Shown here: positions 52,838 to 63,707 of the stretch, one piece after another
Position numbering within the stretch: position 1 is the first letter of the stretch
Layout of the letters: each line of letters begins with the position of its first letter
From: Octopus bimaculoides
Taxonomy: Eukaryota
Length of the DNA: 63,707 bases
Direction of reading: 5' to 3'
Assembly: GCF_001194135.2 (NCBI RefSeq)
Contig: NC_068982.1
Coordinates: 59,028,389 to 59,092,095 of the forward strand
The notes under the pieces: model-generated
Seen by the model: only the letters and a program-made list of their open reading frames with translations
Told to the model about the DNA's origin: nothing
Databases searched by the model: none
Program-made: the position numbers and the translations under genes

Positions 52838-52990
52838 CGACGGGCTTCTTTCAGTTTCCATCTACCAAATCCACTCACAAGGCTTTGGTCGGCCCAAGGC
52901 TATAGTAGAAGACACTTGCCCAAGTTGCTACGCAGTGGGACTGAACCCGGAACCATGAAGTTGGTAAGCAAACTACTTACCACACAGTCA
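52435..52990 (-). mobile_element. SINE family A (middle duplicated across a 10-N gap)
   Basis: Family A consensus in reverse. Confidence 0.9.
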
Positions 52991-53965
52991 CTCCCGTCTT
53001 TTTTAAAACTTCTGACTTGCAGCTAATGTTGTTATGGCTCACCCTGCCCAAATAAGTGAAGTGGACAACAACTTCAACATTGGCTGCAGTCTATGCTCCA
53101 ACTTGCAGTGAATGAGTTATAAATGCATTTTTACACACATGTATGATTAGGTGTATGAACAGGAGAAAGAACACTAAATGTAGTAGATTTTACATTCGTC
53201 TGATGCTGATGACTCAATCATTACTCTGAGTTTCTTGTTATATCTATACATTCAGGGAACAATAATTTGCATATATGCAAGTATGAGCATTTACACATAA
53301 GTACACCCGCATGCACACACACACATACACTCTTCCTCTTGTACATGTGTGTGTGGGTGAAAACATCCAAGCATATATGTGTTTTAGAACACATATCCAA
53401 ATATGTATGCACACCACCATGTTTCTGTCTATTTCATGTACATACACTTATATTCATTTGTGTATGTTTGCATGAATATGTAAAAATAAGAACAATGGGT
53501 TTACCTACACAAGACAGTTCTGAGCACACACACACACACACCGTTTGCATCATATGCTTGTACATGTGGTAGGTTCACATGATTAATGCATATATAATAA
53601 ACACGTACGTAATTATACCTACAGACAATATTACCAACACACAAACCAAATCTATACTAATGTAGTTATTCATCAAACATTATCAAAGCTGGGCCAGGCA
53701 GTTTTGTCATCGTAAAAGTCCTAGGTGTACATTTATATTTCATTAAGCTTGTTGACTACATGTTGCCTTTAGCGAAATGGAATTTCACGATAAATAGGAG
53801 AAAATACTGTTAGTGTTGAGTCAGGCTTTGAGGAAGACAGATGAGAAAGGCGATTTCTACACACAGAAATTTAATTACATGGAACCAGCAATTGCTGTTG
53901 TTTTCTTTTTTAATTAATCGCCCATTAAGATATTATCAACATAATTGGAAAATTTGGCGTGTGTA

Positions 53966-53996
<31 letters not shown>

Positions 53997-54017
53997 ATAT
54001 GTATATATATGTGTGTG

Positions 54018-54048
<31 letters not shown>

Positions 54049-54363
54049 GTGTGTGTGTGTTGTGTGTGATTGCGTATATATATATGTTTGTGTATGCATA
54101 GAGATAGGTTGACATATATGTTACCCTCTCTTTCTCTCAATTTATGTATGTATATACNNNNNNNNNNNNNNNNNNNNNNNNNNNNNNNNNNNNNNNNNNN
54201 NNNNNNNNNNNNNNNNNNNNNNNNNNNNNNNNNNNNNNNNNNNNNNNNNNNNNNNNNNNNNNNNNNNNNNNNNNNTATATATATATATAGAATGTAAAAT
54301 TTCGCAAAGATTTATATGAAGATACATAGAACTACATTCATATGCGAATGCACAGAGAATATA

Positions 54364-54397
<34 letters not shown>

Positions 54398-55714
54398 CGT
54401 ACATACATACATTTACATACATATGTATATTGGCTACATAGCCTAACTGGCTAGCTAGGTAGATAAACAAATCAATAGACATGTTTGCACACACACACAT
54501 CAAGAATTATATTATATAAGATGCATGTATGTACAACACAATGCATTCAGTGTACATATATACATATGCACATACATGCTTACAAATCACATGTTCAAGT
54601 CTACAAAAGCTGTCCCCTATCAGACATTTACTTTGCATTCTATGAATTATTATTCAGGAAATAACTATAATAGTTGGAGACATTTCTTAAATAGTGGAAG
54701 ATATATTAAAAGCCTTTGTTAGAGAATTCATGCATCAAATTTGTGACACCAAAAACAGCAGAACTAAAGTTTGCAGTATGATAATTTGTAGCACTTAAAA
54801 TGTGTCCTCAAATCTTGAAGATTGAAAGTATAGGGTCTAAGGATGGGGCTGAAGAAAGCATTATGCGCCAGTGTCTATTTTGGCATGATTTCTATGGCAG
54901 GATGCCCTTCCTAATACCAATCACTTTACTACATGTATATTTCAGATAATCTCTTTATTATAACAATTCAAAGTAAAACAACAACAACTAACATCCAGTA
55001 CTACCAAGTTTAATTTCTAGAAGAACCAACCGGTGATAGATTGTTTATTGGGTCATGTTACCTGTTAGAAATAGCAACCGATTTCCTCTCAAACAAAATT
55101 TTGCCCTCTTTAAAAAGGGAAGGACACATTAGATAATGTAGTCTTAGATAAATTGTCTCATAACAAGATAGGAGTTTTCTGGCTAGAAGAATTTAATCAT
55201 AGGCCTGTCTGTTTGATCTACTCTTAGATCAATAGTTAAAAATCAGCAGAGCTATTTTGTGAGTAGCCTTTTACTTTGGAAGTATGATATTACATACGTA
55301 TTTATTTCATATCAAATCTCTTCTTTCATTCTGTGATATTTTGCACCACTCTTTTATCTCTTCTGCTCTTTTGGCTTCATTATTTCTTTGCAGTTTGTTT
55401 CTTTTATATATTGTTTGGTGCTTCAGCTTTTGGTATCACAATTTTCGTATCTGCAACTCTAGTGCCACAGATTTGAGACTGCAGATTTCTGGTCACTCAA
55501 TTAAGTCATAACTTCAGAGTTACAGTCTTGAAACCAGTTTTGGTGACGTAGTTTTAGCACAATCTTAGTGACATAGTTTTGACATTATTTTGGTGACATT
55601 TTAGGGAAACAACAGTTATGATATTACAGGTTTAAACAACAGTTAAGCACTGGGCTCAATACAATTGGCTAACCCCTTCTAAATTTGCTGCCCTTGTAGC
55701 AAAATTTGAAACCA

Positions 55715-55880
55715 TTAGAATCATTAGCACACTGGTGGCATTTTGTCCATCTTTACATCCTGAGTTCAAACTCTACCAAAGTCAACTTTGCCTTTAATCA
55801 TTTTTGAGGACTGGGATTGATGTAATCGGCTTACCCCTCCCCCGAAGTTGCTGGCCTTGTACCAAAATTTGAAGCCATTC
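55715..55880 (+). mobile_element. SINE family B, diverged, preceded by an extra B tail
   Basis: Family B consensus. Confidence 0.7.
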
Positions 55881-55984
55881 TTCTTATTATTATTGCTATT
55901 GTTGGATTACTACTAAGTGACAGCACCAACAATTATTATGTACTTGCAGTGACTGTCATTATTTCAAGTTACAGCAATTTGCCT

Positions 55985-56165
55985 TAATAATAATAATAAT
56001 AATATTTCTTTATTGCTGACAGGGGGCTAAACAATGAGGGGACAAACAAGGACAGAGAAAAGGATGAAGTCGATTACATTAACTCCAGTGTGTAAATGGT
56101 ACTTATTTAATTGACCCTGAAAGGATGAAAGGAAAAATTGACCTCAACAGAATTTGAAATCAAAT
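55985..56165 (-). mobile_element. SINE family B with the alternative tail (as 14395-14805)
   Basis: tttctttattgctgacagggggctaaac tail plus Nin-like domain. Confidence 0.8.
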
Positions 56166-56169
56166 GTAA

Positions 56170-56335
56170 GCGGCTTCTTTCAGTTTCTGTCTACCAAATC
56201 CACTCACAAGGCCTTGGTTGGCCTGATGCTATACTAGAAGATACTTGGCTAATGTGTCACACAGTGGGACTGAACCCAAAATAATGTGGTTGGGAAGCAA
56301 ACTTCTTATTACAGCCACACCTATGCCTATTCAAG
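56170..56335 (-). mobile_element. SINE family A, 5' half
   Basis: Family A head in reverse. Confidence 0.8.
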
Positions 56336-56867
56336 GAATTACAAATAAGTAAGTTGTTTGATCAATGTCTTGTGACTGGAATTTGTCTAGAGAAACTGCA
56401 CAGAAACCAATATTTCTGAAGTACAAATTAAAGAATTTTAAGTCATAGCCTGCACCATACTACAGATCCTTCAACTACTACAGAAACCATTACAAAAGCA
56501 ACAAACATAAGGTAGCAAATAAGCATTTGTGGCTGATAAGGTCAGATATCAACATTGTCTGAGAAAAGGTTAGCTTGCTAGATTATTTACTGTATCAATT
56601 ATGGAAGGCTAATCGTGAAATTTAGTCATTGCTGAATTTGAACTTAGTAGAGAGAAGGCTGCTGAACCAAACCACATAAAGCAACTCAGTCCAGTCTCGT
56701 TATCTATCCAGTTTTGAGACTATATCACTGTCTCACTGATCCAGTCAAGGCCAGTTCTCTATCCTCTACATAGATAGAATATCACTGCTTCCCTCCATCA
56801 GTCCAGACCAGTTCTCTATCTACTATACAGGTCACAAATCACTGCTTTCCTCATCTAGTCCAGATTA

Positions 56868-57059
56868 CATTTTTGAGATGAGGAATTCTGTACATTATTT
56901 ACATTATTTATATTATTTACATTAGACGGATATGTGTCCTCATTTTGTTTGTCATTACCACAACGTTTCGGCTGAATTACTCTCCAGCCTTCATCAGGTG
57001 TCCTGGTGGAATTTTGAACCCAACCCTGGGTTCTCATTCCTAAAGTATTTTTTTGATGA

Positions 57060-57093
<34 letters not shown>

Positions 57094-57098
57094 ATTAC

Positions 57099-57134
<36 letters not shown>

Positions 57135-57226
57135 CATCATTTATTCAAGGCACTGCCTGGAATTGAACTCGGAATCTTGGGGTTAGTAGCTCGTGCTTTT
57201 AACCACTACGCTATATGCCTGTGGGC
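56868..57226 (-). mobile_element. Family G element, left arm: tRNA-like head, (AAT)n, Penelope-like tail with hammerhead core
   Basis: A-box tagcgtagtgg, B-box gagttcaattcc, hairpin gaacccagggttgggttc, ctgatgaaggctg...cagccgaaacg. Confidence 0.8.
56957..57002 (-). ncRNA. Minimal hammerhead ribozyme-like motif
   Basis: GACAC-CUGAUGA-A-GGCUG(10 nt)CAGCC-GAAA-CGUU-GUGGU; intact core, palindromic ACGU, short stem I, GUU triplet. Confidence 0.55.
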
Positions 57227-57378
57227 ATGTAGTGTAGTGGTTAAGCCCACAGGCATATATTGTAGTGGTTAAGCCCATGAGCATATAACGTAGTGTTTAA
57301 GAGCATGGGCTACTAACTCCAAGATTCCAAGTTCAAGTCCAGGCAGTGCTTTGAATAAATAATAATAGTAATAATAAC

Positions 57379-57427
<49 letters not shown>

Positions 57428-57575
57428 TCAGCAAAAAATACTTTAGGAATGAGAACCCAGTGTTGGGTTCAAAATTCCACCAGGACACCTGATGAAAACT
57501 GGAGACTAAATTAGCCGAAACATTGTGGCAACAACAAACAAGATGAGGACACATATCTGTCCAATGTAAATAATG
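57224..57575 (+). mobile_element. Family G element, right arm (5' 28-bp unit repeated)
   Basis: Reverse complement of the left arm; B-box gttcaagtcc at 57331-57340. Confidence 0.8.
57484..57529 (+). ncRNA. Degenerate hammerhead motif (probably inactive)
   Basis: CUGAUGA and GAAA retained, but stem II is mismatched and ACGU has become ACAU. Confidence 0.35.
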
Positions 57576-58615
57576 TAGTCCAGATTAGTTATCTGCTAAT
57601 AGAGATTATGATGTCACATCTACTCTCAACCAATTCAAACCAGTTTGCTATCTACTATACAAGCCACAAATCACTGCTTTCCTCATCTAGTCCAGATTAG
57701 TTATCTGCTAATAGAGATTGTGATATCGCATCTACTCCTCTCCAGTCCAGACCATTTCTCTATCCTTTTGTACATACTGCAATATCAGTACTGCCCTCAA
57801 GGTAAGGAAGGTGATTTCAGCAGTGACAACATTTAACACAGGAACAACACTGATATTAACATACAACATCTAAAGTATAAAACAACAACCACAACTACTA
57901 CTAAGACTAGATTCTATAACCATCCACATTACAGCCACCACCAACACCAACACCACTGTTTTCGCCACCACCACTGCCACCACCACCATCGATATCGCCA
58001 CCATCACCACCACCACCACCACTACTACTACTACTACAACAACAACATGTTTGTGGTCTCCAGAATAAGCTGGTGTGGTGTATAAAATATTCGTTACATT
58101 AGCAGTAACCAATAAGTCCACCCTGAAGGCTTTGTGGTTTCCTGATTACTTTCTGTTAGTTACCGCATCCTTTTTTTTTTTTGTTCTTAATCTTATTTTA
58201 TTTCATTTTATTTACCACCATCATCAACACTCTTTGTTTCACTTCATCCTTTCTCTTCACTAGTAATGCATATTCCACCTTCTCCACTAACAACTGCAGA
58301 CACCTCACCTAACCGAAACTGAAGACCAAACATTTTCATTCAAAAACACCGTTGGCAGGCTGGAGTGTAAAGCTATTGGTGACTAACAAATGAGCTGGCT
58401 TTAAACATAGTTGTTAAAATTGTAGTTGCTGCTGTTGTAGTCGTTGTTGCTGTTGTCACTGTTGTTGTTGTTGTTGTTTTTTTTTTAAATAAATTCCTTT
58501 ATTTAATTTTGGAACTTGGTGTTTGATTTTAAACTTGAACTATCATCTTGTGCTGTACATGTTGCACCGAGAACTTGTCCTTGGACTTTGCATATACACA
58601 CACTCATGTACATAA

Positions 58616-58646
<31 letters not shown>

Positions 58647-58801
58647 TACATGCAAACAGACACACACATACACAGAATGTATATATGCATTCATGATGCA
58701 CATTTATATTCTGACACCCATACACCAACAAATACATGTACATACCTAAATATATATATATATACATATATACACACACACATATATATACATATATATA
58801 C

Positions 58802-58841
<40 letters not shown>

Positions 58842-59559
58842 NNNNNNNNNNNNNNNNNNNNNNNNNNNNNNNNNNNNNNNNNNNNNNNNNNNNNNNNNNN
58901 NNNNNNNNNNNNNNNNNNNNNNNNNNNNNNNNNNNNNNNNNNNNNNNNNNNNNNNNNNNNNNNNNNNNNNNNNNNNNNNNNNNNNNNNNNNNNNNNNNNN
59001 NNNNNNNNNNNNNNNNNNNNNNNNNNNNNNNNNNNNNNNNNNNNNNNNNNNNNNNNNNNNNNNNNNNNNNNNNNNNNNNNNNNNNNNNNNNNNNNNNNNN
59101 NNNNNNNNNNNNNNNNNNNNNNNNNNNNNNNNNNNNNNNNNNNNNNNNNNNNNNNNNNNNNNNNNNNNNNNNNNNNNNNNNNNNNNNNNNNNNNNNNNNN
59201 NNNNNNNNNNNNNNNNNNNNNNNNNNNNNNNNNNNNNNNNNNNNNNNNNNNNNNNNNNNNNNNNNNNNNNNNNNNNNNNNNATATATATATATATATGTA
59301 TATATATATGCACACACAGACATATACACACATAGACATACCTTCACACAACCCTTGTCTTTTCAATTTGTTGGCTGAAGTTGTTGAACACAGAGTTCAT
59401 AGAAATTTCAGTTCAATTAAATCCAGTGTTTGTTTTCTATTTTACTTACATGTCAAGTGAGTCCATATGTCTTCAGTTGACTTTAGCACAAGTTGTAATG
59501 GAAATTTCAAAACACAATTCACTAGCCAGACCAAACCCAACACTATTACATCACACTTC

Positions 59560-59695
59560 TAAAATTTGATTAGAAAATTTAAACAGACACATACATCTAG
59601 GCATGCACACAGATGGACACACACAAAACGTGCACATACATACAAACACATAGGCTATATATATACCTGTATATATATATANNNNNNNNNNTATA

Positions 59696-59745
<50 letters not shown>

Positions 59746-59792
59746 CACATTTATATGTATATACATACACATATATATATATATACATTTAT

Positions 59793-59825
<33 letters not shown>

Positions 59826-59850
59826 CATACATACATTTATATACATACAT

Positions 59851-59895
<45 letters not shown>

Positions 59896-59918
59896 CATAC
59901 ATTTATATACATACATGG

Positions 59919-59949
<31 letters not shown>

Positions 59950-60170
59950 CATACATACATACATATATTTATATACATACATGTATAGATATATACACGT
60001 ACATACATACATTTATATACATACATACATTTATGTACATACATATATATATATAGATATACATACATACATAACTTTATATACATACACACACACACAC
60101 ACATATGTGTGTATACACAAACACACACACCTACACACACACATTTGTGTGAATGTATGCACATAGATAT
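59560..60170. repeat. TA/TACA-derived minisatellite (unit ~ (ta)n catacatacatttatatacatacatgg)
   Basis: Directly visible. Confidence 0.9.
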
Positions 60171-60934
60171 TGTTTCAGGTGGGAAAGTAGATATTCTAAA
60201 AATTTTAAATTACTTTTTAATGAAATAAACATTTTTAAAATCACACACTCACACACATGCATACATACATACAGCCCACATGTACACACAGAGTCATATA
60301 CACATGCACAGCAAACAATGTCGAATGTAATGAACTTGTTAAGAGAGATGTTAGCCCAGACCAACTTCTAAGACATTTAATTAGAGGTGACTCGGTTTCA
60401 AATCCTGTGGTACCTTGATTGATCCTAATGTTTTATAAAAATGTATTAAATTTATGAATGGGTATTTGCGTGTCTGCGTTATTGTTCAGTTGTAAGTCAG
60501 TCTTCATGAAATAGATCTATGGCTGAATGCATTCCAACCATGGCCTTCTTGTCATTTTGTATAGCATTGGATTACAGGGTGTGACCAAAAATTTTGAAGC
60601 CACCAGAAGAGAAAAGGAGGAAATCAAATTACAAGTCTCAACAAAAGCAACCTCATCCTGTACCAACAGTGACTCTTCTATGCAAGAATTGGTCTATAGA
60701 GTCATCAACACCATCACCATATAGGAAGCATTCAGCAAAGAAGAAACTAAATTCATGGACACAAGATATAGCCATCACCACCGCTACAGTGACAGGGTGT
60801 AATTTGTAGACTTTTTTTTCTCTCTTTTTGAAATTAGAAAGTTGTAATTTGAGGGAGATTTGGCTACTATTTCTCAACAGATCAGATAATTGCACAGAAG
60901 CTCTCACATGGTTTGTCTTTACATGGCTGTGTTT

Positions 60935-61150
60935 GCAAGGTGGTGAGGTGGCAGTATCATTAGTGTTGGCAGAAAAAAAAAATGCTCTGTGGTATGTCTT
61001 ATGGGTTTGTACATTCTAAGTTCAAATACTACTTAGGACAACTTTGCCTTTCATTCTTATGGCTTGATAAAATGAAGTACCAGTCAAATGCCGGGTTAAT
61101 GGCATTGATTAACCCCTTCTTTCAAATTTCAGGCCTTCTACTTATGCTAG
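60935..61150 (+). mobile_element. SINE family B, diverged
   Basis: Family B consensus. Confidence 0.7.
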
Positions 61151-61245
61151 AGACAATATGAACATTTGTAGTGGGATGTTGATATTTGACTCATTTTAGC
61201 AAATACGTTCATCCTTGTAAGACGTTTTCAAGTTACTGCTTGTAA

Positions 61246-61538
61246 AAAGACTCCACTTCGGTCATGAATTCCCATGAGATTGCACCTAGAAAGTTCCCCA
61301 CCAAGTCACAAGTCTGGACAAGGGTGTTTCTAGAAGACCATGCATACCATCCTCCCCTCTCCATGCCACTGATGTTATCCAAAGGAAAGACAAAGGCCAA
61401 TACAGATTGGCACCAGTGACGTCACAACTCATTTCTACAGCTGAGCTCAAGAACACTACACACAGCCCGGTCTGAGAGTCAAAATCACTAACTCATGATT
61501 GTGAGCCCAATACTCTAAAGACTGAGCCATGCACCTTC
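61246..61538 (-). mobile_element. SINE family E
   Basis: Homologous to 51488-51766; 11-bp TSD actgcttgtaa. Confidence 0.85.
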
Positions 61539-61811
61539 ACTGCTTGTAACCATGAAGTATACTGATAGTACTACAGAAAACACCTATGTTGCAAGAATTC
61601 TTTGAAATTTTAGGACTTTCTCACTAGTTATTTTCTTCTTTATATCTGACTTTACTCACAGTAAACTTCATCTTTATTTGTTAATTCGTTATTTCATATT
61701 CAGAAAATAAAATTCTTTCCATTATAAAAAGTTATATTCTCATCCAAAATAATCTGGGCAAATGATTTTTCTACACTTAACTGAACATGCTTTTAAAGTT
61801 TTTATCAAGAA

Positions 61812-62040
61812 TATTGGTTTCAAATTTTAGCACAATGCCAGCAATTTCAGGAGGTGCCAGTAGTGGGGTAAGTTAATTAAATCGACCCCAGTGCTGAACT
61901 GAGACTCGTTTTATTGACCCTGAAAGAATGAAAGGCAAAGTCAACCGCGACAGAATATAAGCTCAGAGCATAAAGATGAACAGAATGCTGTTAGTCATTT
62001 TGTCCAGCATGCTAACAATTCTGCCAGCTTGCAACCTTAA
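61812..62040 (-). mobile_element. SINE family B
   Basis: Family B consensus in reverse. Confidence 0.8.
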
Positions 62041-62184
62041 TTTTATCAAGAATATCAGATTAGAGTAGAGCCCTTTACATGCATGGCCTTAACTTACAGA
62101 TGATCTGTACTGTCAAGCATGTTCTCATGGTTCAGCTATAGCTTCCTGTGGATAAAACTCTTCTCAAATTTATACCTTTGTAAG

Positions 62185-62400
62185 GTGGTGAGCTGGCAGA
62201 ATCATTAGCATGTCATGCCAAATGCATAGTAGCACTTTGTCCCTCTTTACATTCTGAGTTCAAATTCTGCTATGATCGATTTTGCCTTTCATCATTTAGA
62301 GGTTGATAAAATAAGTACCAGTTGAACTCTGGGGTCAATGTAATCGAATTGGCCCCTACTCCAGAATTGCTGGCCTTGTGCTGAAATTTGAAACCAGTCT
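62185..62400 (+). mobile_element. SINE family B
   Basis: Family B consensus. Confidence 0.85.
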
Positions 62401-63155
62401 TTTACATTTGTGGAATGTTTGATTACCATTATGGAGAAGCTCAGATGATATTCTACCCAACAGCTTTTAATGTTCTTACAGGCCATTGTATTTCTACCAT
62501 TTCTGTATTTCTTGATGTGAACAATGAGAGTCAGTGAGAATCTACTGAAAGGTAGTTGTGTAGTTCCTGGTCAATTCTGGTCAAGGAAGCCTTTGATAAG
62601 CAGACAGCAAGTACAACTTCATTGCTCCAGATATACTCCAAGCCTCATGCCTCAGGCTAGTTGAGGACTATAATGTTTGATATGTAGCTGTTTATTGTAC
62701 AAAGTGACTACTGTGAAACAATCTGGACATTGATGGAGATCCTCAGGTCAGATCAGGTTACAAACAGCAGATTATGCAATTATCTATAAAATACATATAA
62801 ACTCCTGTTTGTACATAATACACACACACACACATGCAATTTCACACAGACATACATATATATTATCCAGTTTGGGATTCAATTTCAACTAGCTTTTATT
62901 GTTTGACTGTTTTTTGCTTGCAATCAATTGTTTATCATCCAACAAATTCCCATTATCTTGAATAATAATAATACCTTATCTAATCAACTTTAAATGTTTA
63001 TTCAGTCAGATACTGAGCATTTTTACTTCACTGTTTACTAATAAAATCATAACAACTACAGTATTACAGAACTACTACAAAATACTTGTGACCGTCTGGT
63101 GATAGGTAACGTGAACCTCTGAGTAACAGTTTGTGTAGTCTTTTCACTTTCATCA

Positions 63156-63187
<32 letters not shown>

Positions 63188-63213
63188 TTATATATATATA
63201 TATATATATATAC

Positions 63214-63260
<47 letters not shown>

Positions 63261-63269
63261 CGTTCAGGG

Positions 63270-63520
63270 GTGGCTTCATATAGGTATGTGGTAAGTAGCT
63301 TGCTTACCAACCACATNNNNNNNNNNNNNNNNNNGAGAGAGAGAAAGAAAGAGAGAGAGGCGTTCAGGGGTGGGTTCATATAGGTATGTGGTAAGTAGCT
63401 TGCTTACCAACCACATGGTTCTAAGTTCAGTCCCACTGCATGGCACCTTGGGCAAGTGTCTTCTACTATAGCCTTGTAAGTGGAATCGGTAGACAGAAAC
63501 TGAAAGAAGCCCATCGTGTA
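63270..63520 (+). mobile_element. SINE family A head (start duplicated across an N gap)
   Basis: Family A head. Confidence 0.8.
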
Positions 63521-63534
63521 TATATATATATATG

Positions 63535-63571
<37 letters not shown>

Positions 63572-63656
63572 GTATGTGTGTATATGCATATATATATGTG
63601 TGTGTGTGTATGTGTATATATATATATATATGTATGTGTGTATATGTATATATATA

Positions 63657-63707
<51 letters not shown>

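Larger units (their letters stand above)
56660..57800. repeat. Degenerate ~53-bp minisatellite (dimeric ~107-bp period), interrupted at 56868-57575
   Basis: Recurrent agtccaga...tt.tctatc...atcactgc units on both sides of the insertion. Confidence 0.75.

Noticed and set aside
53198-53235. CTGATGA followed by a small stem
   Set aside because: The stem is followed by TTTC rather than GAAA, so there is no hammerhead fold.
56660-57800. Repeat-spacer-like look suggestive of a CRISPR array
   Set aside because: Units are degenerate tandem repeats without unique spacers, there are no cas genes, and the context is eukaryotic.
60572-60810. tacagggtgtgaccaaaa, resembling a mariner TIR start, and overlapping short ORFs
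   Set aside because: No matching inverted end and no recognisable protein.

Overview
AT-rich, microsatellite-dense eukaryotic draft-assembly DNA with about 14 N-gaps. It is most likely non-coding or intronic sequence from an octopus; this is inferred from the SINE families and repeat landscape. No intact protein-coding gene can be supported, and nearly all long entries in the ORF track are microsatellite or N-gap artefacts. The window is a transposon graveyard. It holds at least 7 tRNA-derived SINE families (labelled A-G here), LINE relics (RTE, RTE-BovB-like, Tx1/L1, R4/Dong, CR1-like), DNA-transposon relics (hAT, Chapaev3-like) and several MITE/foldback elements. The most notable structure is at 56868-57575: a head-to-head dimer of a tRNA-headed element (family G) whose 3' part carries a Penelope-type minimal hammerhead ribozyme core, flanked by one 12-bp target-site duplication. 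A second minimal hammerhead fold, with a GUC triplet, lies at 20695-20731. SINE and relic boundaries are read by eye and are approximate to about 10-20 bp.
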